Part shown: positions 50,479 through 63,400 of the stretch, in pieces
How positions within the stretch are numbered: position 1 is the first letter of the stretch
How the letters are laid out: each line of letters begins with the position of its first letter
Origin: Haliotis cracherodii
Lineage: Eukaryota
DNA: 64,000 nt
Direction of reading: 5' to 3'
Assembly (NCBI RefSeq): GCF_022045235.1
Contig: NW_027266266.1
Span: 38,688,001 to 38,752,000, forward strand
Position numbers and translations under genes: made by a program
Notes under the pieces: model-generated
Told to the model about the DNA's origin: nothing
The model's input: only the letters and a program-made list of their open reading frames with translations
The model's database searches: none

Positions 50479-51729
50479 CCCATTGTACCATTCCGACTGA
50501 GTCACAAGCATGTGCTTTGAAATCATGTTCACTTGTATAATTTCAGTTGATAATGAGTCATACACAAATGCTTATGGTATACATGTAGTTGGAACCGTAC
50601 ATTGACTTTGAGTAGAGATTTGCTATGCTTATGGAAAAAAATTTTGTCGTTTGTATTTATTCGATTAGGAGATAAACCGACTGTGTTTTCAATGTAGAGC
50701 TATGTTACCTGTAGATTTAACCGCGCTAAATTGAATTTGGTACCGAACGCGATGCATTGGAAACACATTTTGTTTATCTACATTCTTCCATGACTAAATA
50801 AAACGCGAACTCTTTAGTGCTAGCAAATATACTGAGTGAAGCGGCATGGGTTGTGTCCAGTGTTTTGAGAGGGTGGTCGATGTGAATTACGGATTCACCG
50901 ACAACATCCTTTAAACAAAATATGGCGCTGTATATGCTCAGGCGGTTTGTTTGCACCGCAATACTTCGCTCTAACATATGACAGGCATTGAAATCATATA
51001 AGCACGGCAACTTGGAAACTAACATGAGGTGGTCACACATGATAAAACCAAAGCAAGCCTTGCAAAGCTTTCGTTCAAAACCGCACGTCACCATTATGAC
51101 GTCGTATCGCTCATTGTGACGCAAAAGATAATACGTCACAGTCGTATATAGAAAAGCGCCGAATTCCAAGCTCTCTATTGTCCCCAAACCTTAAAATACA
51201 TTCTCTTAGTAGATTTAAGTCGTGTTTCTACCCGAAATGTATTGCCACACATCCTTTGAATATTGTAGTAACCGCAACTTTGCATTTTGTAATCTATAAT
51301 TGTAGATATAATTATATAAATGTGCCTACCGACAAGACTGAAATAACAACTTTTTTAAGAATATTAGCTTCCGCTAATCCAGCTCTTTCATTGAGAGGGG
51401 GTCTTTTGTGATTTAATAACCTCTCATTGACCAATCAGGATCGAGTAATTTATCAATTCACGGTAGAATTATCTATATTAGTCATGTTTTAAAGATTTGA
51501 AAATGAAAGTGACAAATCCAATTCGACTTTCAAAAGAACTCTCTGCTAAAAGCAACAATGACATCTTCTATATGTCAATACATGTATATACTCTACGCAT
51601 AACTAGATAATACAGATAATACAGGTATTTAAACACGTATCGAAACTCGAAACTCCCAAAATAACAGATTTGAGGATGTATTGTTCATTTGCAGTGTGCA
51701 GGCAACACAGCTGGTTGGTGTGTTCATTC

Positions 51730-54391
51730 TTATGTGAGCTCTTTCCCTATTGCATTGTTCCGCCCTGTAACAGAAACACATCACATTAGAAATATAACTA
51801 TGTGTGATGTTATTTTAACAGTCACTATTAATACAATCTTATTCTTAAAACTGAGGGGGCGGTTGGGTAGCCTAGTGGTTAAAGCGTTCGCTCGTCACGC
51901 CGAAGACCCGGGTTCGATTCCCGACATGGGTAAAATGTGTGAAGCCCATTTCTGGAGTCCCCCGCCGTGATATTGCTGGAATATTGCTAAAAGCGGCGTA
52001 AAACCATATTCACTCACTCACTCTTAAAACTGAGCTACTTGGCAGTATAGTACATCTAAGTGTGCAAGCAGGGACTACAATCTTCAATGTTCTTATAATG
52101 GCAGAATTGAAAATGAAAGTTGGTTTTAACGCGGTTTAACAGAAATTATATCATGGTGATTGCAGCCTATTGTGAGAGTAAAGGGCAAAAGTGCATGTTA
52201 TCACACCAGTTTGATTTTCCTTGAAAGCCGTTTCATTAAGTCGTATAGTTGTTTATTTACCCGTTCTCTGCTTCTGTTTGAATAAGCAGATCAACGACAC
52301 AACGATGATGATGACGAGAACGACTCCCCCGACAGCAGCAGCTACAGCTATCAAAAGAAGCTGCCTAGTCTCACCCTGGCATCTTGACTCTGAAACATAC
52401 ATTATAACATATATACTTGTTTATTGAGCGAATGAGTAAGTGACTATTCTTTACGCCACAGTAACTTACATTTCAGTAATATCAAATCTTGACCGGACAA
52501 ACCAGTGGCTGAAGGCATGAGCAACGGTTCGCCGAAGAGTCACACAACCAACAAGGTCACACATTGAAGACACCATATTTATATTTTCTTGGGATGTTAC
52601 AACTACATAGGCCAATGGGGACTTTGTTCTTCCCAAGTAATCCTAGGGGTATGTTTCAACAAATCATGACAGAGTAGATGAAACATCTCACGCAAAAACA
52701 CCGGTACCCCAAACTTATCAACCACAACAAATATTTCGCAACGTTTGATTTGGTTTGTTTGTTTGTTGTGTTACGCCACACTCGGCAATATTCCAGCTAT
52801 ATGTAGGCGGTCTGTAAATAATCGAGTCTGGACCAGACAATCCAGTGATTGATATCACGAGCATCGATCCACGCAACGTTTGAGGTACAATCGTACACGT
52901 TTTTTCAAACGATTTTTTTAAAGAACGTCATTCTACTCTTGCTAAAAAATTGTTGGGTTACGACATTTAAGGTCGAATTGAAGCTATGAGGTGGACATGA
53001 CAAAAAATAATCTAATTGCTATTCTTTAATTTGACTTGTACGATATGTTCCCGTGTTTGTTCAGGTGAACATTTGACTTGCCTTTGTGTGTGTTTTGTGC
53101 TACATTTCGAGAACATCTGGTATCATCACCATTTGATAGTGATTATGAAAGGAATCGTACAATAGAACCGCATTTTAGCAGTGAATTCTTACGATTACGG
53201 AATCTGTGTTTTCGTTTTTGTCATCATGATTATGGAGAAGGTTTTGTCGCTTTTATTTTCAAAGGGATAAGCATATCGACCTTATCCAAAGTCCCTCCAG
53301 TTTACATCTGATGTACTAAGTGCTAACAGTACTTAACCTGGTCTAGTTTTCCAGGTTCTCTTGTTGTCGGCCACGTCACACACCAGACAGTTGTTTCCAG
53401 ATTGACTCGCACCATGAGGAACACACGTTCCTCTGTCGAGGCAGTATGGACCCTGGAATAACAAGTTTCATGAAACTCCTGTACACCCAACTCAAGATAT
53501 AATCAGATCAAACATTGAGAATAGACCTGCTCCACTTACAAATTACTAGGTGAACTGATTTTTTGTGCTATATATTTTATACCTATTCAAGTAGTTAATT
53601 GTTTGTTGGCTTAAATTGTAATTCATATAAAAATACCTTCACTGTCCACTTGAACTTTGTTTCCCGGTCACCACCAACTCGGATACACGTACTGTTAAAC
53701 ACAATCAGGCCCACACTGTCACTATAGTTACCGGCACTGTTGGCAACCGATATCCGGTAGGCACTCACATACTCGCCGTCCTCACTTCTGGTGTTGTCAT
53801 TGGTCATGATTTTGCACTGCGCATGGCCGATGTTGACCACGGTGGCCATGTATACTTTTGATACAACAATTTCTTGTCCTGATTGTTTAACCTGAAAGTA
53901 GTTATGTCATGAATTACATAAAGTGTTACCTTCTTGTTGTAACAATTAATATCTTTGTAGTTACTGACTTCAAAATACTTCGCCAGCACATTAACCACTT
54001 TGCATGATGGGAATGCATTGTTAACGCTTGGAGTGGCTTCACGGGGGCAAACCAACGAATGCCTCGTGTATTACATAAAAAAATAGTTACCCTGATCTCT
54101 TCAACCAAACATGTTGATACACCTTCGACGAACGGCTCGCCTTTCACGGAAACTACGCCACATGCATCACGTGACATATCGCATGTGTCAACAGTATCCG
54201 AATCAGCCAATCGTGGGGGTGTTGTGAGGTCAACAGAACAGTCAGAGCCGCCATAGTTGATTTGGCATATACAAGCACCTGTTAACATTGTAGGGGAGGT
54301 AACTGAAAAGAGGCTTAGATGCTCATAAATTCATTTTAAAAACTGCCACAGTCAGTTATCTATTGTAAAACGAAATTGTGGGCTGCAAAGT

Positions 54392-54461
<70 letters not shown>

Positions 54462-57400
54462 ACATTACTTTCTAGAGAGCGAGAAAGAGAAAACAATACA
54501 TATTGTCAATCCCATAATTGTATTATTTATAATTTTGGGAGTCTCACCACTTGTACATGTTCCTTTCCCGCTGCAGTCGTTCAGACAAGCCTCGGCCACA
54601 ACGATGTCATAGACTGACGTGTTATTCACCTGCTTCTTCAGCCTGAGTTCTGGGTCAACCAATACCTCATGTAGACACTTGTCTCTCACCGTGTCGACGG
54701 AGAAAAGAGAAAAGTCTGTGGTGCCTGTCAACTTCGAAAGAAATCCGAACATGAAATCACTTTAATCTCTTTTCACGTGATACATAATGAATAAATATTC
54801 CCTGACGTTATACATCATGGCAAATATGTTTACATCCACAATGAAATTTTGATTGGGTGTCAACAGTAAAAGTTCCCTCTCTTTGATTATTATTTACATA
54901 TCTGAGTGTCTGCTTCTAATTACAATGCATGGAAGTCTACTTCTGTGTTCAATACCCCAATGTCTTCTTCTGTGTGCAATACCTCAATGTCTACTTCTGT
55001 GTTCAGTAGCTGAATATCTACTTCTATGTGCAATACCACACTCTCTACTTCTGTGTGTAATACCTCAATGTCTACTTCTTGTTCAAAACCTCAATATCTA
55101 CTTCTGTGTGCAATTCATCACTGTCTACTTCTGTGTGCAATACCTCACTGTCTGCTTATGTGTGTAATACCTCAATATCTACTTCTGTCTGTAATAACTC
55201 AATATCTACTTATGTGTGCAGTAGCTGAATATCTACTTCTGTGTGCAATACCTCAATGTCTAGTTCTGTCTGCAATAACACAATATCTACTCCTGTGTGC
55301 AATACCTCACTGTCTACTTCTGTGTGCAATACCTTCATGTCTGTTTCAATATGTATGTGTCATACCTGAATGTCAACTTCTGTGTGAAATACCTTCATGT
55401 CTGTTTCAATATGTATGTGTCATACCTGAATGTCCAGGATACAGTTTTCAATGCTTCCGCTGATGTCAACACCAGTTACATTCTTGCACACTTGTACTGA
55501 TCGTGATTCCAGAAAGACCTTCTCACAAAATGCCCTGGCCTTCACCTCTGTCCATCCTTCTGGCCACACCCTCACAACTTGCTGTGCAAAACATACCGTC
55601 GCGAGATTAGATACAACAATACCAAAAGTAGGATATCATTTTATGATGTTTATAAGCGTTCTTTACCTTAAAGTAAAGTCAAGGTGACTTCACAGATATA
55701 TATCAGGTCAGACAGAAAATGATAACAGACCCTTTTTCACAGAAAACTAAATATGTCACTGACACACTGATCATGATCCAGTATCATTTAGTATCTGGCG
55801 AATACGACTGTAACACCGTTTACAACATTTGCAAAACGAAAGTGAGGCATTACAATAAAACGTCGTCAGATGTTGATGCTGTTGTATAATCAAGTAATAT
55901 TCAGAGAGTAGGAGTATCAAGTTCTTTGCTTCAAACTTAGGCGTAGAAGAAACATAACAAATAAATATATGACTACAAAGGATTCTTTTCAGTTATGATA
56001 ACATCCAAAAATATAGCAATTACTCGTCTAAACATTATTTTCTTACCCGACGTAATCTCCTTGGTGATTCCAACCGAACACCAGCAGCTCTTCTTCGTCG
56101 TCTCTCGGTGATTGTGCACGACGTCGGGAACACTTCTACGAAACCCGGAAGGGTGTCACACACCTTATGAATGGCTGCAGTGCAATTTACTGCCTCGGTG
56201 CGAGTAGTGGATTGAGGATCCGAGGAACAGGAACAATAAAGGTTTGTCTGTGGCCATGCTGGCAGTGATGCATGGACTTTCGGATCAAACAAGTTACTTC
56301 CTTCATCAACCCTGTAACACACGACGTACATAATCGTTGCAATAAATCTGATCCAGAGTGTCAGAGTTCACCCGAATAACTTTTTACTCGTTTAATGTGT
56401 ATTACTGTATGTATACAACGTAATATCGATCGGTTTCGTGGGGATTACAGGGAAGAATAATTCCCTGTACAATATGCTTGCATTGATAACCGATTTATGG
56501 GGATCGTTTGGCTACAATGTATGACCTGACCGCTCGATGTACATACTGTTAACCTCGGGTTCAAGAAGTGGCAGCCACCGCGATACAACTTAATATTGCT
56601 GACTGCCGCGTAACAAAAAACAATCACAGGCAAGATCGTATATATATATATCTCACTTCCATGAGTTCGAGAATGTAGTGAGTAGATTCTGCCAGTTGTT
56701 GTATGTAGTTCCGCAGTCACCCGTAGCCGTGACGTCTGTGGAGTAGGTGCCGTCCCTCAGGAAAAAGTCGTCCCTGCAGTTTGCTGATAGTGTCCCACAG
56801 AGACCACGGGTGTTATTTACGTCTTGGATTGACGGGTAGATGTAAACGTTCAGGTAGATGCTATAGACATTCACCGTCACTCTTCCTCCGGTGGGCAGAT
56901 ACACCTATGGAAGAGTAAGGTGTTCGCGAACAGCTGGTATCATCACTTTTTTTAGTGATTCGTAAACACATGCTTGTCAGCGTATCACATGCTTATATCG
57001 CTCCAGAGACCACCATCCTCCCTCCGAAATTTATAATATACATAACGGTTGTAGTTTCAGCAAAAACAGTTTTTTCATAATTGTCTGATCAACTAACACT
57101 TCATTGATAACGACTTGTTTATTTACAGGCCACCGTGGTATGGCAGGTGTACCTGCACATGGCGCCAGGCAACAAACAACCGCTCATTTTTTGCAAATTG
57201 TGTAATTTGCAGGTGCTACCAGTAGGACAGGACATGCTTAACCTTTTCGCGAACACCTTGTGTCATCATTAATTTCAGCGATGTATTCATATGATGTTCC
57301 CTTCTATTTCGCCTTTTACGCCTAGTGGAATCTGTTCCGGCAGATAATGGAGAGAGATTATTCTCTGACGTTGATCAAGATTATACTTAACATATGTGAC

Positions 57401-60400
57401 ATCAAGCGAAATCGAGGTAACAGTATACCAACAAAGAACAAAAAAAGATCACGAATTACCTCATAATTGTTGCCCTTCTTCTTGACCTGTAGTACATCTC
57501 CACTGTCTTCACACAGTGTGTATTCTATTGTCCAGATACTGGACTGTCCCGCACACCTGTTGAACTCAAACACCGTCCTGCCAGCTCGTATAGCAACTCC
57601 ACAGTTACACCACGCGTTGTTCACACCCCTTCCGCAGTCCGCTGTCTGTATTTGAACCTGTAGTGATAGAGTTAATATTAAAAAATGAAACTTTCATTTG
57701 TGATAAAATGTCAGATTCAAGAAAATTCATAATCATAAGATTTCCTTGCTCAAAGCAAGGTCCATTGTACAGTTCCGACTATATGATAATCATGTGTTTC
57801 TAAATCACTATGACATAGAGATGATACCAGGTGTTTGCAAAAAGGTCAGCGTATCCTACCCCACCGGTGGCATCCGCCAAATACACATATTCTGTTCAGG
57901 GAACAGTGATTCAAAAGTAAGGTTTTGGAAATACGTTTATTCACTCAAACATACCTCAACTGGAAAGGTTGTGTGCTTATACATGGTGAAGACACCTTCA
58001 TATTGATGTTCGTATCGCCTGAAAGGTAAGAAAAAACATGATGTCAGTCAATGCTTGAAAACAGTTAGCCTAATGTCAAAAAGCAAATATATATATATAT
58101 CATCTTCCTTCACCCCTGACAGTACATGCATCTGTTTTGACAAAAGAGTCCTGAATAATTGGGATGATAGGTCCATAGTTCCATGTGGCGATGAGTATGA
58201 TCTCAGCACGTGCACCAGACATGCTTGATCGAGGGTTTAACCAAAGTGAAGAGATGTATAGTACGTCATATTACTTAATATATGTCATAACTGATTCACA
58301 CATTGAAACAGGTGCATCACCTGCCAGAATCATACTGACTATTCATACCGACATCCTTTTGTAATTTTGTTCATTACTAAAAATATCACACACACTGAAA
58401 TACATATAGCTATTCGTTTGTTTGTTTGATGTTTATCGCCGCACTCAGCAATATTCCAGCTATATGATGGCGGTCTGTAAATAATCGAATCTGGACCAGA
58501 CTATCCAGTGACTGACATCATGAGCATCGATCCACGCAATTGGGATCGATGACATGCATCAACCAAGTCAGCGAGCCTGACCACCCGATCCCGTTAGTCG
58601 CCTTTAACGACAAGCACAGTCGCCTTTTAGGCAAGCATGGGTTGCTGAAGACTTATTCTACCCCGATTCTTCACGGGTCCATATAGCTATTCATGGATAT
58701 CAGATATGGATAACAGAAAGATTTACCTTCCATCAAATGTAAGCATGTGTGGGTCATTGATAGCATAACACGACTTCCTCTCAATCGGCTGGGTGTTCTT
58801 TATCAGCTGAACCTGAACATACATAGAGTATAATTAAAACAGATGTACAGAATGTATACTCAGAATATATTTACACATTCTTTACACAGTTGAGTTCCAA
58901 TGTAGTGGCATATGAAGTTAGTTTGGTATATGGTTTGTTTTCAATGTTTGTATTGTGTTGCTTTTTGGTTCTTAATGTTCATAAAAAGTCACTTACAACA
59001 CACATGCCTATACCCATAGTATTTTATCATTGCATAGCGTATTATTTTATATCTACGTCAAAAGGAAATTCACAATTTTACCGTTATGATGCCGATAGTA
59101 TAGTTGGCCCAAAGCATGTTGTCGGGTAGTACGTCAGGGGTTGCCAGCTTCAGTTTCAAGGTGTTACTTGATGATCCAAGGCTCTGGGAAACTTGACCAA
59201 ATACCCTGATCGTGGCAGCTGTACCCCACTTTGAAGCTAAAATAACTGTTCCACAAGATGAACTTGCCAAGTCGGCCTCTGCACAATCTGCCGTGGTCTC
59301 TGAAATATCGATATATATAATAAATATGTTATTATATACTGATAATGTGATCTACAGGACAGACAGAGTGCAATTTCCCATCCTCCCTGTGATGTGTTTG
59401 CTGTTTAACTCCACAGTATTCCAGTCGTATGACGGCGTTCTTAAATTTAAAGACGAGACAATCCAGTGATTGACATCATGATCATCGATTCACGCAATAG
59501 TGATACGATGATATGCAATGAGCCATATCATAGAGCCTGATCACCGATCACGTAATCGCCTCTAACGATAACCATAGGTTGTTATACACCTATATTCTTA
59601 ACCCTGCCGCATATCGTGAAAGCCTCCGCACCCTACTCGTCAACAGTTCCCAGCTACATCAGATGAACTGGCCCAGCGTTAGTGTGACTACATACATCGA
59701 ATGGATATTTGACACATGGTTAGAAGCCGGCCAGAGTTAATCAAATAATAGTTATTAAGTTGTGTAAGGAATAACGTCCACTTTTTAGAAAGCACGCTCA
59801 GTGACTTCCATGAACTGTTTTACATTGTTAGAAACAGGATTATACATGTACGTACCAAGGTGAACAGATTCTATATTTAGTTCACATGTAACAGCTGCAG
59901 TCCCACAACCAAATGGTGCCGTCAGCTGGAGGGATATGTCAGCGAACTCCCCTTCTGACAGTTCAAGCGTTTTATCAGATATCTGTAGACGACAGTAAAT
60001 AAAAACTCACAGGGTCAATAAACGTCCATTTTGGAGACGAGTTGTAGCTCGAACTCACGTCTCAGCGAATATACAGATAAAGCCAAGAACCCAGGCAGAT
60101 TTGAATATAGATACGAAACGTTGGCCAAGGAAATATGTTGTCAGTATAGGGAAGAAAGACGTAATCAATATGTTATACCATATCGAACTAGTCTGGCACA
60201 GATGCAATTATGGAGAAACATGTAATATTCTCACATTATGGCTACTGTGAGAAAGGAACCTTTAGTAACAATAGTTCCAACGAAAATATTTACCTTAATC
60301 CCTATAAACTTGGAGTCTGACAAGACAGGAACACTGGCTGCCGTGTCTTCTCTGTGGCTAGCTCTGACTGAACACCGCAGCTGTTGCAAAAAGGTGAGAG

Positions 60401-63400
60401 AGGGTTGATTAGTTCAAAATGTAAAAAAATTAACTGTATATAATTCCCTTTCAGACAAACCTAATAGATGGGTTTCGCATTTATAGTTAAACTTAAAAGC
60501 AGATTATTGACATTTAATTTACTGGCACAACCAAAAACTGCCCATATTGGCTGGTCATGAAGTGGCGTTATATCAAAATCATTACAGTTAGACTCTTTAC
60601 CATCGGTTCCGTCACGACTGAAGACTCTCGCAACTAAAGTTAGTTTGTAATTAGTGAATTATGACTATCAAATATGTACCTCGAATCCAACATGTTTTAT
60701 GTTCACGCTGGACAGTTTAGCCTCTGTCAGAGTATGTTTGTCTATAACACCTCCATTGTCCCACGTCATAGCATCTTCAGTGAGGACAAGTTCGCCGTTA
60801 ACGACCCAGTTGGTAGCGTAGAAGACGTCATCATCGTGTTTGCTGAACTCACAACGGAACTCTAGGTTGCTTGTATGCATATCACTCTGGAGTTGGATAA
60901 TGACAGTAGGTTTCACGGCAAATGTTGGAGCTGTACCAATCAGAGTATATTAATTATCTGTATTGTATTGTATAGTATTGTATTGTTTATATTACAACAA
61001 TTGAATTTTCGTAGTGTTCATAGTTATTCCCGAAATCTGATTAGCTGAATAAGTCACGTCTTATTGCATTTCTCAATGAATGTTAAAAATTAACCACCGA
61101 AGCAGACTACATTTTATTCAGCGGAATGTCGGGGAATCCCAATATTACAGTCGAGGGAATTCCCTTTCTGCTCACGTGTCGTCATGCACAGGACATTTAG
61201 CTAAAGTCTTGCATATTCATTGTCCAAACTATCCTTTGAGACCGAAGGCCGACAAGGAATGAAACAGCAAACGTGCAGGCTCGCTCGCCTCTTTTTAGTC
61301 CGCCCGCCTGGGTTCCAGAAAATTTCATATCTTCGAGTGTCCTTTCTAACCCGCATTTTTCCAAATGGCGGTAACTGACCATTTCATTTCAAACAGTCGC
61401 CTTCTCCCTGACCTATTTGATCCGGTTCATTACATATACAGTCTGACTGTTGCGGGTCTTCTCCCCTCTTGCCCTGATTGACGGGTCCTATGAACTGTGT
61501 TTTGATCCTACTCTCCGTTGATTGGCTACTGCCTTTGTAGGCGTCTCAAGTTATGTGCATAAATTAAACAATCACCTGAATCATGTCACGCCACAGTATG
61601 CATTCCTGCACCTGGAATGTTTCTCAATCTCGTCATTTTTGTCTGCTTTGATATATACAACTGTTCTGTTAGACTATTGTACTTGCTTCGTTGTCGAATT
61701 TAGTTATAAGGATTGACTGCGGATTTTTTTCGGTTCATTGAGGTATGAATCGAAACACTGATGTGCAAACTTTAGTAAGAATCCGCTATGCGATTTAATT
61801 CAGTTTGCACATCGGTTTTTCGATTCATACCTCAATGAATCGAAAACAATACACAGTCAATCCTTAAATAGCCTCTCATACCCTCATGGTTCCTATAAAT
61901 GTTAGTTATAATTACTGTAATTTTGTCTTTGTGTCAGTGAATTTCCGTTTGAAATTCCCGTTTTCTCTCTTTCTCATTGTGTATCCGTGAGACAATGAGC
62001 TAAATACTTAACCTTTGTCTATCCCAGTACCTGGTCAAGAATGTTTGTGTTTTTTTAAGTATGCATTTCCTACGCTATTACTTACGGGTGCCTGGTTTAC
62101 CTGCAAGCAAGAAAAAAACAACATAAAACAAACACACTTTACAGATAGCCCCAGCTGTAAAAATGTATACACTTAGATTATAGATTATTGGTTTTATTCT
62201 TAGCTAAAGCTGATCCTGTAGATACCCGAATTGGAAATTGAGCACACATGAGTGATATATAGTATGTATATACATCAGAAGGTGGTATTGAACAGGTCTT
62301 ACAGGTAAGATGGGTTTGTCCAATAACAGGTATCAGGTAAAGTAATATAAAATCATCACTGTTGCTAGGTGATACATTAAAGTATTTAATGGCATTTCAG
62401 GTCCGTTGTCCATAACAAACTGAGTAAATAGGGATGTATTTGATCGTGGTTTTATACAATATTATTACAATATGCAACAATCTGCATTACTTCAAATTTG
62501 GACAAACATCTGTCTATTCATAGAGAGTATAATCTTACCAAAACAATATGCACTGGAGGATATAGTTTTCTTCAAATTAAATATCTCCTTCGTGCCGCAC
62601 ATTTTGGTTTCTATTTCCATCTGTTTGAAACAGATGTCGTTGTGGCTTTGAAAGCACAATACAGAGGTGTCACCGTTCTTTTCTGAAATATGAAAATTTG
62701 CGATTCACACAAAATCACTGAAAATATATTTTCTGCTCAATGCTAAAAAGCAAACTTGTGTATCCCGATTCTAGAATTACAATTCCTCATCTTGTATATT
62801 CAACATGTAAGGAGATTCACAATGTACGGAAATTCTGTCTTTGGTTAGATGTACGTCAGATGTGAACACTGTTGAATGTTTCCTATCATTAGAAGGGACA
62901 ATTTTTCTGATGGTGAAAGCAGTTCAGAAATTGTACTCATGTCACAACTTGCTTTCATACGTCATTGCGTAACCGTGCCACAACCACAAGTACGATTCCA
63001 GTTACGTCATAAGCATTCATTCATGAATCACTCTCAAATAATGATGATAATAGGCGTTTGCATAAAGGTGAGCGTATCACCAGTGGCACCTGTCACAAAC
63101 ACATGCAATGGGAAATCAATTAGAAACATATGGCACAAGTCAAAATGGGGAATCAGACATAATTTTGGTCACTAAAGCGTCAACTTTGGAAATGTCCAAA
63201 ACATGTCTTCCCTTAAACATTTGAATACCTTTCTAAGGCCATAAATGTTGTAACCATGATCAAATAAGTTTTGAGCAAGTGACGCATGACGATCTTTGCA
63301 ATTGTCCCAGAAAGAGCATCCTCGTTTGTACCTCAAACGTTGAGAACCGTAGATTACAAAGGTCCCTGGAATACTTCTCAACATAAAAGGAAAGTAGATT

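Noticed and set aside
48300-51600. Short ORFs (48351-48695, 50774-51187) as genes
   Set aside because: No recognisable motifs or splice-consistent structure; probably intergenic/3'UTR sequence with unclassified repeats.
51856-51930. tRNA-Asp(GTC)-like sequence (also at 47747, 50326, 16440) and tRNA-Leu-like head at ~22070-22146
   Set aside because: These are SINE heads: each continues into a shared body and (ACTC)n tail, is flanked by TSDs, and lacks a proper acceptor stem.
54378-54617. RE-repeat ORFs
   Set aside because: Product of the (GA)n microsatellite, antisense to a real exon.
54853-55500. Cys/Leu-rich repetitive ORFs (LLLCAIPQC)n; CRISPR-like periodicity
   Set aside because: Translation of a 27-bp intronic minisatellite with no unique spacers, in a eukaryotic context with no cas genes.
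62293-62362. Possible extra VWDE-like exon (AG...GTAAG on the minus strand)
   Set aside because: In-frame TGA in the required phase.
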